Shown piece after piece: positions 31,681 through 42,980 of a stretch of 64,000 nucleotides of DNA (its first letter is position 1; each line of letters starts with the position of its first letter). The position numbers and the translations under genes are program-made. Origin of the DNA: Meyerozyma guilliermondii (Eukaryota); assembly GCA_051546255.1 (NCBI GenBank), contig CP128818.1, forward strand, positions 930,001 through 994,000. Reading direction: 5' to 3'. A model generated the notes under the pieces. It ran no database searches, was not told where the DNA came from, and saw only the letters and a program-made list of their open reading frames with translations.

Positions 31681-33027
31681 ATGCCACCAGCCCATGAAAA
31701 GAAGCCCACGTCGCGTATGACCTCGCGGCATGCTGCGCTTCGCAATAAACCGAAAAAACTGGACCCTTTAGCTTCATCGGCATCATTCCAGCTTCTCTGT
31801 AAGCTCTTCGTTCCTACAAAATACTTTAAAAAAACCGATAAACTTACATCCAAACAGCTATCCACATACCTCCCAACTATAGTGCTGCGCCATAGTGATC
31901 TTAACTTTCAATTGCATCTTCTATTGGCTTCAATTGTCAACAAATTTGTCGCGAGCTGGTATCTCGGCAAATTGAAAACTGATAATCTTGAATTTTTGCA
32001 ATTGGTATACAAGTGTTTGAGTGATCTTTGTTCTGACTTGACAAGTAGGTGTTATAGCTCTTGCGGGTCAGATCGTCTCTATGGGTTTATGGACGAAATA
32101 ATGCTAATTCTTGATGAGCATGTACAACAAATGTACCAGCTTCGAACAGATATACGACGCCAACAAAGTCTCAATGTTGAGGAACGACTAGAGGAGGATA
32201 TAGTGAGTGAATTTCTTCGACAAAAGCATCAAATTTTCACAGATCAAGATGAATATTTACAAGCTTTGACTTCTCGAGTTCTCGAACTCTCGCTATCTGA
32301 GTGTGATATTCATCCTACTTCGTCTCAATTGACAAGCACTTTTTGCACTGTCTTGGTATCTGACACTATACTCAAGAACCTACTCGACAAGTTTTCCCAG
32401 CCAGAATTTCTCTCGCAAATACTTGCCAAAATTCTCTTGCGAGAAGAAAATGCTGCAAAGACAAAAGAAAGTGACTCTAACACTTCACAGCTTTCTAAGT
32501 GGTACCTGGTGTACACTAGCAAAGACACAAAGTACGATATTGTTGGCAGTCCATTGTGGTCGCTAGCAAATACCATAACAGGTATTTCAGATCGCAAGCC
32601 ATTACTTGCAGCCGCTTTTCAAATTTTACGAAAACTCGCCTCAATTCCGGCTATAAGTCAGCTAGCTGATTCTTGTTGCGAGTTCCTTGTTCGCAGCAAA
32701 TTGCAGGAGCTGGGTGTTTTTCTGGAACCAAGTATATGTTCGTGGGTGCAAAATCTTCGACGCATTATTGACGACGAGGACCAGAAACCGTCTGAAAGTG
32801 TCACTCCCGAGTTCTCCAAGTACGACATTGCTTCTGCGGTGACCTCCAGCGAGCCGGCTCGCAAAATACCAATTGCAAGGATCTTGGCATATTCGAATGA
32901 GTCTGATGAAGAAATCTATGAAAATGTGGTTGCATTTATTGAGCTTTTCAAATACCGGGAAACCAACAAGTTGCTCTTGATACGGATTCTAGACGCATTG
33001 ATAGGCCACATTTATCCCGAATTGTGA
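31681..33027 (+). CDS. NVJ3: PXA-domain protein (Nvj3-like)
   Basis: LHLLLASIVNKFVASWY..KL.TDN.EF is PXA-like; C-terminal TNKLLLIRILD; lies next to CSN9/SDH4 as in S. cerevisiae. Confidence 0.65.
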   Translation: MPPAHEKKPTSRMTSRHAALRNKPKKLDPLASSASFQLLCKLFVPTKYFKKTDKLTSKQLSTYLPTIVLRHSDLNFQLHLLLASIVNKFVASWYLGKLKTDNLEFLQLVYKCLSDLCSDLTSRCYSSCGSDRLYGFMDEIMLILDEHVQQMYQLRTDIRRQQSLNVEERLEEDIVSEFLRQKHQIFTDQDEYLQALTSRVLELSLSECDIHPTSSQLTSTFCTVLVSDTILKNLLDKFSQPEFLSQILAKILLREENAAKTKESDSNTSQLSKWYLVYTSKDTKYDIVGSPLWSLANTITGISDRKPLLAAAFQILRKLASIPAISQLADSCCEFLVRSKLQELGVFLEPSICSWVQNLRRIIDDEDQKPSESVTPEFSKYDIASAVTSSEPARKIPIARILAYSNESDEEIYENVVAFIELFKYRETNKLLLIRILDALIGHIYPEL

Positions 33028-33143
33028 TTTTAGTCTGGTTTTGGCCATTATTCATCACAGTTCTTTCTGACCCACTCCAACATCCAACATCCAACCACCG
33101 ACTGTCCTCCGCATCTGTATCCGCAATTATCGTTCCTCCAACC

Positions 33144-33668
33144 ATGAGTGTCAACACACTTCTAGGGGATCCAGATCGGGTCAACTACAAGCCCTACTTG
33201 GCCTGTGATGGTTCTGAGCAAGAAAAAAACACAATTGAGCTATTTGCGTTTGGCGACTATTGCCATTACCAAAAATACCGAGAAAACTATATCGATCTAG
33301 ACCCTGAATCGTGGCTAAAACTCATCAAATTGACAGCGTTAACGAACGCTAGCAAGTACGAGGGCACGACGGTTCTGCAGGAGGAGTTTTGTAGAGAAAT
33401 CACCCCGGCATTGGCAATTTTTCAGGAAAAGACAAATCGAGCTATGCATGTAGATCAACTTTTTATTGAATTGGTGGACCAAGGATGGGTAGAATTGAAG
33501 TTGAATGATGCCCTGAAAAGCGTCAGAGTGGAAAATGTCATTGCCTTGCGAGACGCCTACTCTGGAGAGGAACTACGAGTGCTTCATCGTGACGATGTGG
33601 TCGATAAGGATGTGCAATTAGCCACGGAAAAGATTCGCCAATGGTCAAAAAAGCTCACCACTTCATGA
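33144..33668 (+). CDS. CSN9: COP9 signalosome Csn7/Csn9-like PCI protein
   Basis: IELFAFGD..Y, KLIKLT.L, ...RD pattern; synteny. Confidence 0.65.
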   Translation: MSVNTLLGDPDRVNYKPYLACDGSEQEKNTIELFAFGDYCHYQKYRENYIDLDPESWLKLIKLTALTNASKYEGTTVLQEEFCREITPALAIFQEKTNRAMHVDQLFIELVDQGWVELKLNDALKSVRVENVIALRDAYSGEELRVLHRDDVVDKDVQLATEKIRQWSKKLTTS

Positions 33669-33720
33669 GGTGGAAGCTCCACTTCCTACACGATTTTCCT
33701 GTTATCGTATTCACTATAAA

Positions 33721-34191
33721 TTATGCATGCCAAATCTTGGAAACGAGGGTGGTGACTCCTCCTTCCTTCTGCTCGAGCTGGTAGATTCCGTAACCAGCAA
33801 CTCCGGTGCCAAAAGTCAACAAGTACATGGCATAGTTATGGTAAGATCCATACACACGTGATGGGATATAATCAATGATACATGATTGGAATCCAACGTA
33901 ACAGTGGTACAACAAAAAGGCTGAAAGGGTCGAGTCTACGACGGTGGAAACACCAGTAAATAAAGGAGCAGCAGCCAATGGAACTAAACCAAGGGCAACA
34001 CCACGCTCAAGGGTCCAATGCAAAGAACCATGCATTTTGTTTGGTTTGGGATGAACATATGCTTCATTGACAGTTCCAACGACGAAACCGGGAGGTTGAG
34101 GAATGGTCTTCAAGCCACGTACCAAGGCAGGCTTGATCAATGACGAGGTCACGGGCGATCTCACGCTAGCTAATCCAATTCTGGTCAACAT
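33721..34191 (-). CDS. SDH4: Succinate dehydrogenase membrane anchor CybS (Sdh4/Tim18 family)
   Basis: IPQPPG..VGTVNEAY, HGSLHWTLER, HCYVGFQSCIIDYIP.R.YG. Confidence 0.85.
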   Translation of the reverse strand: MLTRIGLASVRSPVTSSLIKPALVRGLKTIPQPPGFVVGTVNEAYVHPKPNKMHGSLHWTLERGVALGLVPLAAAPLFTGVSTVVDSTLSAFLLYHCYVGFQSCIIDYIPSRVYGSYHNYAMYLLTFGTGVAGYGIYQLEQKEGGVTTLVSKIWHA

Positions 34192-34417
34192 GGTAGATAT
34201 GAAAATGAATCCAAGTCGCACTTCCCCGGATCTTACACTTGAGTGCGTTTTGATTGGCTGGTGCATATGCACGCTGCTTGGACACACCCACACACCCATA
34301 ATTAAGGACTCCGGGCCCGGGCGGCTGCATTGCAGGGCGCAGAACTGCTTGCTGCAAATTGCTGAGAGCTAACTGTAGGCTAACCAGCTACTGTCCTATT
34401 TGAATCGTATATACATG

Positions 34418-35791
34418 CTACTCCACGTCTTCGTCCTCGAACTCTTCCAACTCGAGAACTCGTTTGGGGCTTCCAAACCGCTCGCTGAGAGACTTTTCGA
34501 TGATTGCAAGTGGTCCTGATCTGTAAATAATCTTACTAAATCTGGCAATCACGCTGTCATACCACGATACTTCCTCACCTTCGTAAACGACCAACTGGTC
34601 CTTTAACTTCTGGCAGTGGTTGCGTCGTTTTATATCACCCATTCGATCGTACATCTTTTGCAAATTGCCGAGCGTATTCACCAAGATTGGTCCTGCTCTG
34701 GCAGTGCTAGCTTGGTCCTGAAAAATTCCCTCCACTGCATCTTCACCCCAGGAAACAGCATTCTTCTTGTAGCCTTTTGCCCACATGATTTCGCTGATTT
34801 GTGCTTTAATTTCCGCCATAGTCATCCGAAGATTAAGAGGGTCACAGTTGAAAAGTGGATACGAAGCTTGAGTACGAGTGCCGGATTCAAGAAGGGTATT
34901 CGCCAGAGATAAGGACCGGAGCAATGACAAGTATATTGAAAGCGATTGGTTGAGTAATTCGTCCTTTCCCTTTGCTTGAGTAGAAGCACGAGCCATAGTG
35001 AAAGCCAAGCGCAGAAGACAATTGACGGTCTCGTCTGTAAAAAGAGACCCCTGTTCTAGCGTATACTCGGGACCAAGCTGAATGCCAGGAAATGTTGCTC
35101 GAAGCATGTCCAAACTTCGCTGAAGGTACGAAACTTTGTCGGTAATATCCGGACACATTTTGCTGAGTAAACGACAGCATTGCGAGAGTCTTTCTGCGTC
35201 TCCAAGTTTATAGAAAATGTCGTCATTGTCGATAATTCTCAGAAGTATATCGACAGCCGGTGCAAGTTCACCTTTTGCAAATAAAGCACGAGCATAACGC
35301 AACACAATATCGATATAAAAGTTTGAAAATTTGTGGCTTTTTTTGTACACAAGTGTGTGGGGGTCTATAATAGGAACCATGTACCGTTCCAGTCCCTGTA
35401 TATCGTCATCAAATTGAAGCAGATGATCTTCATTTTTTGCCAACTCGATCAAAAGTCGCCGATAATGTTTCACCGCATAACGAGGACTTTTGAGTACATC
35501 GTCTTTATTGATTGCCTTAACTGCTGTGACTTGGTTCTGGAAGCTCAATTCGAAAGGAATGTTTTGACGGGTGTCTGCATCATGATACATGAAATATAAC
35601 AGCCCTCCGCATACAATCAAGCCTCCAATGTAAGCTCCAGCGATGATGTTGATGACCGTACCCCATCTCTTCACCGCTGTAAATTGCCCTGGTGATAGTG
35701 TGAGTCCACGGCTATATTTTGGTATCACTTTCAGACCTCTAAACAGCCTGGAAGGTGCCGAAGTTGCCAATCTCGAGAGGCCCCGAAACAT
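34418..35791 (-). CDS. Predicted mitochondrial single-pass, helical-repeat protein (possibly Mgr3-like)
   Basis: Arg/Ser-rich presequence, one TM segment, TPR-like helices. Family assignment is tentative. Confidence 0.55.
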   Translation of the reverse strand: MFRGLSRLATSAPSRLFRGLKVIPKYSRGLTLSPGQFTAVKRWGTVINIIAGAYIGGLIVCGGLLYFMYHDADTRQNIPFELSFQNQVTAVKAINKDDVLKSPRYAVKHYRRLLIELAKNEDHLLQFDDDIQGLERYMVPIIDPHTLVYKKSHKFSNFYIDIVLRYARALFAKGELAPAVDILLRIIDNDDIFYKLGDAERLSQCCRLLSKMCPDITDKVSYLQRSLDMLRATFPGIQLGPEYTLEQGSLFTDETVNCLLRLAFTMARASTQAKGKDELLNQSLSIYLSLLRSLSLANTLLESGTRTQASYPLFNCDPLNLRMTMAEIKAQISEIMWAKGYKKNAVSWGEDAVEGIFQDQASTARAGPILVNTLGNLQKMYDRMGDIKRRNHCQKLKDQLVVYEGEEVSWYDSVIARFSKIIYRSGPLAIIEKSLSERFGSPKRVLELEEFEDEDVE

Positions 35792-36226
35792 GGTTGAAGA
35801 AGAAGAGATCTGGTGAATGGGTGCGAAAGCGATGAAAAGACGAATTGAAGAATTAATTCGAGGCGACCACACATTTTGGAAGGATGCAGGAGAAACTGAT
35901 TGGAAAGCACTATGAATGGTGGGAGGTGAAATGGTGACTTGAGTTTCGTTATCGATTTTTGCATGTCATGAGTGGGTGCAAAATATTGCAAAATTAGAAA
36001 AATTGACAAATATGAAAAAATTGACAATATGAATAATATTATCATAACGAGTGAAACCCAATTGATGAGCTTCTGTTTTGAATCAGTTCCGTCTATTCTT
36101 CTCATTTAACATCAACCTCTTCTTCTTATCTCTCCTTCTTGCATGCAACTGCATCGAGGCCCGCGCCACGCACACGCACGCACCCTGCACAAACCTGTCA
36201 TCGGTACAGCTGCACAAAGCATCGCC

Positions 36227-37252
36227 ATGGCTCCATGGTACTATCGTGTGCTACGATCATGGCTCGTCATGGACCCCTCCATAATGGTGGAGGATGACGA
36301 TGTGCGCCGCAACTATCAAATCCTGAAGCACGCTGGGCTCAAGTTTATTTATTTCTTTGGAGGAAGAGCCAGAACTGTCAAACAGGCTCCGATTGCAGCG
36401 ATATGTGGAATCTTAATATTCATACCTGGAATTCTCTTCTTTGTCTTTGAAGCCAACTGGATGTGGCATAACCACCATCGTGCCGTGGTCATCGTGTTTG
36501 CGTATTTCTGGGGTCTTTGTGGTCTGTGCTTTATCAAAGCAGCCACTTCGGACCCCGGAGTGGTTCCCCGAAATATTCATATTCCGTCCAGCTTAACAAA
36601 AATCGAGGTTCTGGAAACAGGCCCAAGATTGGAACCGTCGTTTGCTCCCAGTGAGTACTTCAATGTGATTTCACTTCCCCACAAAACCTCATCTGCTGGA
36701 GTAAAGGTGCGCTACTGCAGCACCTGCCATATATGGAGGCCACCTAGATGCAGCCACTGCTCTGTCTGCAACTCTTGCGTGCTACACCATGACCACCATT
36801 GCCTCTACTTGAACAATTGCGTCGGGCTACGCAATTATCGGTACTTTTTGTGGTTTTTATTAAGTGCGGTCATCGCCAGTGCTCTTATATTGTACACCTC
36901 GCTCCACCATTTGTTGAGTACTTCTTACAGAAAAACTCCCTTGAGTGTTGTTCTCGTGATATATTGCGGATTGGGTGTATTATATCCACTTTTGCTACTT
37001 TGTTTCCACACATATATTTCCATGTGGAATATCACTACGAGAGAATTCTTGAATTATGTTCGTGGTCTGCTGCTCAAACACAGCGAAAATTTTATTTACA
37101 GCTACAATGGAGGTTTACTACGCAATATGTTCTTGAATTGGGTGGCTCGTCCTCGGATGTGGTCAATTCAAGGAATAAGAGAACACTATGCACCGTCCGA
37201 TATCCGCCAAAAGGCAGTTCAGCAATTGCGTTCATTTGAAAGCGAAAAGTGA
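36227..37252 (+). CDS. ERF2: DHHC palmitoyltransferase
   Basis: YCSTCHIWRPPRCSHCSVCNSCV..HDHHC.YLNNCVG.RNYRYF; YFFGGRART; TTREF. Confidence 0.88.
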   Translation: MAPWYYRVLRSWLVMDPSIMVEDDDVRRNYQILKHAGLKFIYFFGGRARTVKQAPIAAICGILIFIPGILFFVFEANWMWHNHHRAVVIVFAYFWGLCGLCFIKAATSDPGVVPRNIHIPSSLTKIEVLETGPRLEPSFAPSEYFNVISLPHKTSSAGVKVRYCSTCHIWRPPRCSHCSVCNSCVLHHDHHCLYLNNCVGLRNYRYFLWFLLSAVIASALILYTSLHHLLSTSYRKTPLSVVLVIYCGLGVLYPLLLLCFHTYISMWNITTREFLNYVRGLLLKHSENFIYSYNGGLLRNMFLNWVARPRMWSIQGIREHYAPSDIRQKAVQQLRSFESEK

Positions 37253-37469
37253 CCAAAGTGCTCAATTCCATCACTAAATAGCATACATCGGCTCCGGGCT
37301 GCTCAAAACTCATCCAGCCTAATAATTTTAATACATTTGCATCTCTCTATTAAACACCTTAGTTGCAGCCATCGGTTGTCTGCAGGACCACTCACACTTC
37401 TCTCCAGATCAAAGAATGCGTCGCGAGTAACTCTTCAACTATACCTTACCCAAATAATTCCTTCCAATT

Positions 37470-40400
37470 ATGTCCTTGGAAGAACCCATAACCTTGCGAC
37501 AGGCGCTCAGCGTCACGCCGCTTACCCATTTGATTCCAAAGCAAGATATGTTCCCGATGATTGCAACGTTAAATTTGACTCCGGTGGTTCCTCTAGCAGA
37601 AGAAGGACGCGTCTTGGACACGAATGGAGACGAAAAAACAGATCAAACCGAGAAAAACAGTGCTGGTCCAGAAAACCGTGTTCAAAATGCTCTTACAGAC
37701 GACGAATTACTCTTGATCGAAGAATTGGACAAATTTGAAAGTCCCCTCGTTTTGGAAATCTTTGAGAAAACGGCCACCAAGAACGCCCACGATACCACTA
37801 ATGACGAAAAACTATCTCCTTTTGAAGCAGCCATCCTTAAAGGCAACACCTTTAGCTACAGTCCCAAACATAGACAAGAAAGAGCGGCCAGACCTCATAT
37901 ATATACCCCTTCTGAACTTGAAGAGATGCCCAAAGAGGAGTTTATGGAGCATTACAATCGCGTCGTTAGTCAGAACAAGCCTTCAGCTCTCAAAAGGACA
38001 TTTGATTTAGACATAGTCGAAGGCTCGAAACGACTACACAAGAGCCTGATCGAAGACGATAGGCTCCAGCTCGAACAATTCGTTCACCAACTTGCATCTA
38101 CAGAAGGTTCTGCCAATTCGAACTGGCAGCCTAGTGGCGAAATAATTCTTTTATCGATCGCCAGTCTTACTACTTTAAATGACCATATCACTCGTGCTTT
38201 TTCAGCGCTAAGTACTTGTGATACAGATTGCCTCCTTCAAATTCAGCGATGGTGCAACACATCTGTCATCTTTGGATGCTCAATAGACTGGGACACCTTG
38301 AAGAGAAATATTGAAGCAGAGTCATCACAGAGAATTAAAAACCTCATCGAAACAGCATTGAGAAGCATAATAGCATCAAAAATAATTCTTCTGATTTTAA
38401 ACGGGAGCAGGAAAGATATCAAGCAGCTACATGTGGAAGAGCCCTTAATTGCTGTTGTGGACTTTGTGCTGCAATTCGTGGACGCACTCAGGCTGCTTAT
38501 ATCTTCGAAAACCACCAAGTACAAAAGTTCTCTCGGTCGATGTATTTCGTCGCTTTCATCAGTAATCACCACCCTCATTCGATACATTAGCACGAACGAC
38601 CTTGATGACAATTTGGTCACGAAATTGGAAAACCTTTGTGTGTCCTTGATATTCTGCGACACTCCCCCGAAAAATGCAGAAACAGCAGTTCCGATGGAAT
38701 TAGTGGAAAGCATAAAAATGGATCTCTCTTCCTTGATTCTTACTATATTTAAGCGTTACGCGGATCAGCGGCTTTTCATTCTAAACGAAATATTCAACAG
38801 CATCGACAAGCTCACTTTGTCAAAAGTCAAAACCGTCAAAATTGGAAGGGGCGTCGGAGTTCAATTGCATACTGCTTTGCTCGTGAATTTGCTACAATCG
38901 GTTGATAGCTATCAGCTTGAACAACTTATTCAATCCTATGGCCCGAGGAAAAAGCATAACACAAGATCTTTGAAAGAAGTGGTTACATCGGCAACCGCCA
39001 TAACGTCAGAAACTAGAGAAATCGCGGTCAAGGCTGTAGAAGGACTTCTTTCATCTATCCCAGGAGGTAACATGACCAGCAAGCAGGTGCTTCAGTCCTT
39101 GGTAGATGATCTCATTGGAATTGTTGCCAATCCCGAATGCCCTGCTGCTATGGTCTATATCGAGTGTCTATTCTCAACATTTGTAAAGATTCTTCGAGAG
39201 GGTTTCAAGAAAGCTACTCAATCAACATCTCAACAAGAAAGCTTTGCACTCGACATGATTGGTGTTATCGGGGAAAAGCTTTTAGATTTGGGTCAGGACA
39301 AGAACTCATTCGGCGGCACTGCATTAGCACCAGTAAGTACCGAAGAGATTTCAGAAATGCGCTCTAGTATGGAAAGTACGTTGTGCCGAATGCAAGGACT
39401 CAAGAATAAGAACCCAGAAATACAAGATGCTTTCAACTTTCTCACATTGCAGTTCATTTCTTTCATGGAACCGTTTGTCGATAATCCTGTCAATGAAAGT
39501 CAACTCCAAGCACTCAGTTCAGAGCCTATTTCACCTGAAACCAATAGTACCGAGGTAGTCGAATATCTACTCGACGCCTTGGCAGAAGGGTCTGTGACAC
39601 TCCGTAGTGGTGCGACGCAGATGTTTGACAATGCTGCTCATATAAAGTTTCGGTCCCACGGCACCTTAAGTCAACTCCATGAAAGTTTTGTTGCAATTGT
39701 TGTGGAAGCATTGGGAAGTAACAAGATCAAACTTAAGTCTCGAGCAATCAAGATTCTCTCCGTTTTGGTTGAAAAAAATGATACCGTGCTTCTTCAACCT
39801 AAAGTACAAGAAGTTATATCAGAAACGTTATTTGATTCTTCCGCTCTGGTACGGGACGCTTCCATCGACTTGGTTACGAAATACTTGACTTCAAAACCAG
39901 AGGTTATTCGAGGCTTTTACAAAGTGATTTGTGAAATGTTCAATGATGACAGCGTACAAGTGAGACGTAGAGTTGTGAAGTTTGCTCGTGTCATGTATGA
40001 AAATACCAAAGAGAGGAGGATCAAAGTGTATATTGCGGTAAGAATGCTTGACCGGTTGCACGATGAAGATGATTTCATTGTTGAGCAATTGAATGCTGAC
40101 TACATCGATTTGTGGATTAAAAAGCACGACACAATACCCATTCTAGAAGTGGCCGAAGTTATGATGGATGTTGCCTTGAAAAGGGAAGAAACCTTTCGTT
40201 ACTGGCTCGAAAACAAAATTTTAGGCACAGACTTTCAGACTGGCTTGTACCCAATAATTGACTCTTTGATTGGGTTTGTAATTGACGGCATGAATACCAG
40301 ATATCAGAAGGATGTCGACAAAGCACTTTACTTGATTTCAATTTTTGTGCTGTATAATGGAAAGATGATCAACCAAAGTCAACTACTGTCGTTCTTACCC

Positions 40401-41972
40401 TTCTTGCAAGATGACACTACACCTCAAGCGTCATATCTTCGCATCTTAATGATTTATCGGCATGTCATTCCGGCTTTTGTTGCAATGTCTCCAACTTTTG
40501 CATCTTCTGTGGAATCATTATTGTTGAGCAAACTTACAAAATATGGCTTCAAGGCACTACAGGAAGCCGTTCCATGTCTATGGTCCTTATGTTCCCGAAC
40601 TGAGAGCTCTCAGAAGGTTGTGAACGCTCTTATATCATGCATTAGAATGCTAAAACCATTGATGAAACAATTGAAAGACCTCAGCGGTTCTTCCAAGGAT
40701 ATACTTGAGAGCGGCAAGGCTGCAAAACTCATTGATCTTCTAGGTTCTTTTGGCGCTTACTGCAATTTTGAAGAGCATCGTGAGACCTTGACAATGGCGG
40801 CGGTGGGACTTCGTGAGAATGAAACAGTTACTAGTTTGGTTTCGAAGTATCTATTGTTTTTTTGCGAAGGGCATGGCGACGAATTGGCACTTGTTTCCAT
40901 TCGTGCTCTTATTCTTGTTTCGTCAAGAAACCCTCAACTCTTCACGTCAAATCTGATCTTGGATATATTGGACAAATCTTTTGAAAAGAAAAGTTCCATA
41001 CAAGCGGTAGTTGTGGAGGGATTATACGACTTCTTGAAGCTAGAGCACAACGTGAAAAACGTAAAAGAAGGACAGATAAAGGGAAAGAAGAAGGGACTGA
41101 AATTTGGAGCTACCAGTGCACTAGAGGGCGTTAGTGGCAGTATTTCTCAAAGGTACACGCCTCTGATTTTGAAATTATGCCTCAATGGAGATGAGACAGC
41201 ACAGTCTGCCTTCACTCTTCTCAGAGAAATCGTGGAGTCAGGTTTGGCCAACCCTAAAGTATGCATTCCAACTGTCATTGCGCTTGAGGCATCCCCAAAT
41301 AGTTGGGTTTCAGACGAGGCCAAAAAATTGCATTTGCATATGATTGAACACCACGAGTCTTTAGTAAGTTCCAACTACCCTGAGAGTATTCGGCTTGCGC
41401 AGAAGGTTAACAAACACTCCAAGCTATTTTTGCAGCTGCTTTACGAAATCGCATCTCAAACAGCTAGCTCCAAGAAAAAGTTGGTAGCTGCTCTTGTGAA
41501 GTGCCTCAAAGTTCAATTACGTATCGGGACAGAAGAATCTCTTGCGCAACTCAAACTAGTTAAGTTTGTGGTTTCCAATGCAGCGGAGGTGAGATTTCTG
41601 ACGCTAGAAGAAGTCTTGAGCTTAGTAGTGGCTATCGAGCGAGAACTCTCACGGGAGGGAATGGATCTTGCAGAGCAGCTTGAGGACGGTACTCAAGATT
41701 TACCTAAAAAACAGGTGTACGGCTTATTCTATGCCACCGAGGGACTCAGTGGAATGCTACACTTCAGAAACTTCTTGTGTGAAAAGTTTGGCATTTCTCG
41801 GTCACAAATCGAGGCTTTTAATCCTCGGAGAGTTGATTCAGAGTTTCGGAGGGAGCCAGAAGCTGCAAAAGTTGGACCATTGCTCTACGAGTGGCATATG
41901 GACAAAACTAGCCGTGCTGAAATGGCCAAGGTGTTTACGCGGTTTATTGAGGAAATGGATACTTTCAGCTAA
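37470..41972 (+). CDS. SCC2: Cohesin loader HEAT-repeat subunit
   Basis: KLKSRAIKILS, DSSALVRDASIDL, DDSVQVRRRVVK, GLANPKVCIPTVIALEASP; 1500 aa. Confidence 0.9.
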   Translation: MSLEEPITLRQALSVTPLTHLIPKQDMFPMIATLNLTPVVPLAEEGRVLDTNGDEKTDQTEKNSAGPENRVQNALTDDELLLIEELDKFESPLVLEIFEKTATKNAHDTTNDEKLSPFEAAILKGNTFSYSPKHRQERAARPHIYTPSELEEMPKEEFMEHYNRVVSQNKPSALKRTFDLDIVEGSKRLHKSLIEDDRLQLEQFVHQLASTEGSANSNWQPSGEIILLSIASLTTLNDHITRAFSALSTCDTDCLLQIQRWCNTSVIFGCSIDWDTLKRNIEAESSQRIKNLIETALRSIIASKIILLILNGSRKDIKQLHVEEPLIAVVDFVLQFVDALRLLISSKTTKYKSSLGRCISSLSSVITTLIRYISTNDLDDNLVTKLENLCVSLIFCDTPPKNAETAVPMELVESIKMDLSSLILTIFKRYADQRLFILNEIFNSIDKLTLSKVKTVKIGRGVGVQLHTALLVNLLQSVDSYQLEQLIQSYGPRKKHNTRSLKEVVTSATAITSETREIAVKAVEGLLSSIPGGNMTSKQVLQSLVDDLIGIVANPECPAAMVYIECLFSTFVKILREGFKKATQSTSQQESFALDMIGVIGEKLLDLGQDKNSFGGTALAPVSTEEISEMRSSMESTLCRMQGLKNKNPEIQDAFNFLTLQFISFMEPFVDNPVNESQLQALSSEPISPETNSTEVVEYLLDALAEGSVTLRSGATQMFDNAAHIKFRSHGTLSQLHESFVAIVVEALGSNKIKLKSRAIKILSVLVEKNDTVLLQPKVQEVISETLFDSSALVRDASIDLVTKYLTSKPEVIRGFYKVICEMFNDDSVQVRRRVVKFARVMYENTKERRIKVYIAVRMLDRLHDEDDFIVEQLNADYIDLWIKKHDTIPILEVAEVMMDVALKREETFRYWLENKILGTDFQTGLYPIIDSLIGFVIDGMNTRYQKDVDKALYLISIFVLYNGKMINQSQLLSFLPFLQDDTTPQASYLRILMIYRHVIPAFVAMSPTFASSVESLLLSKLTKYGFKALQEAVPCLWSLCSRTESSQKVVNALISCIRMLKPLMKQLKDLSGSSKDILESGKAAKLIDLLGSFGAYCNFEEHRETLTMAAVGLRENETVTSLVSKYLLFFCEGHGDELALVSIRALILVSSRNPQLFTSNLILDILDKSFEKKSSIQAVVVEGLYDFLKLEHNVKNVKEGQIKGKKKGLKFGATSALEGVSGSISQRYTPLILKLCLNGDETAQSAFTLLREIVESGLANPKVCIPTVIALEASPNSWVSDEAKKLHLHMIEHHESLVSSNYPESIRLAQKVNKHSKLFLQLLYEIASQTASSKKKLVAALVKCLKVQLRIGTEESLAQLKLVKFVVSNAAEVRFLTLEEVLSLVVAIERELSREGMDLAEQLEDGTQDLPKKQVYGLFYATEGLSGMLHFRNFLCEKFGISRSQIEAFNPRRVDSEFRREPEAAKVGPLLYEWHMDKTSRAEMAKVFTRFIEEMDTFS

Positions 41973-41983
41973 AGTAAATAGTT

Positions 41984-42835
41984 CTATCTTGACCTCAATT
42001 TTCGTGCAAGAGAGTAGTCCCGTTGGCGTATAGAAGGGATCGGTGATCCAAATGCAATATTGTGTTCCTTGTCGTACGAAAGATGTATATCGTCGTTGAT
42101 GGGCGCTATCCTGGGAAACTTCGACGGCTCGCTAATGATGGCATACCCATTCCTAAGATTTAGTATTAAGTGGGGAAGTTTGGAGGTTTTTTGTTTCCCA
42201 CGGCGTTCTCGAAGTTGTTCGATAGAAATGGAGAACACATCTTCGTCATCAGATGGGTCTTCGTGTGTATCCAGACGCCGATTTTCAGCACGCAACCGAT
42301 CCTGGCGCCGGCACCACAGATCGTAATTGGCTATAAGTCGTTCAATTTCTCCAATTGTTAGTTTACGTTTATAATTCATTTCGTTGGAATCACTTCTATT
42401 ATTCACGACGGTAATTGTTGGAAGGTGCCGTGCCCAGTCCAAGCTTCGAAGGATCCGCAAATGGTCCTTCAATCTGTCGATTTCCAGCAGCAATCTCAGA
42501 ATATCTGCGTTTGTCATGACGGTTTCTTCTCGTTTTAGTCGTCGGTGAAACCCGATATAAAGATCATCAGGAAGAGGCTCTGGAAGATTATTGCGGGTCC
42601 TTCGAGGTCGTACTGTTTCATGGACCACTATGGCCGTTGAGGGGCGTTTGGGAAGCACAAAGGCATCATCTGGAAGGAGATCGGTGTATAGCTTGTCGGA
42701 GGAAACTGCTGGGGAAATGGTGATTTCTTCATCACGATATATAAGGCCATTGACACGCTCAAAGTTGAACAAAGTGGTGGTCAGAGACGGCTTTCTTCTG
42801 GAGGCTCGGGAACTTGAACCACGACCACCCTCCAT
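41984..42835 (-). CDS. SAS4: SAS acetyltransferase complex subunit
   Basis: PLPDDLY..FHRRLKREE..M...D, WARHLP.IT..N, KR.LT..EI; synteny with SCC2/CDC1. Confidence 0.78.
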   Translation of the reverse strand: MEGGRGSSSRASRRKPSLTTTLFNFERVNGLIYRDEEITISPAVSSDKLYTDLLPDDAFVLPKRPSTAIVVHETVRPRRTRNNLPEPLPDDLYIGFHRRLKREETVMTNADILRLLLEIDRLKDHLRILRSLDWARHLPTITVVNNRSDSNEMNYKRKLTIGEIERLIANYDLWCRRQDRLRAENRRLDTHEDPSDDEDVFSISIEQLRERRGKQKTSKLPHLILNLRNGYAIISEPSKFPRIAPINDDIHLSYDKEHNIAFGSPIPSIRQRDYSLARKLRSR

Positions 42836-42980
42836 CACTCTCCACACTGAAAAGAGGTCGATGAGTGTGTAGAAGAAAGAAGTGAATTTCGCGATTTTAA
42901 TATCGATATTAAATATCGATTTATCTCGTCTAATCTCCACGAGACATTTAACAACAACCCATTGGTGGCCACCAGAGGCC

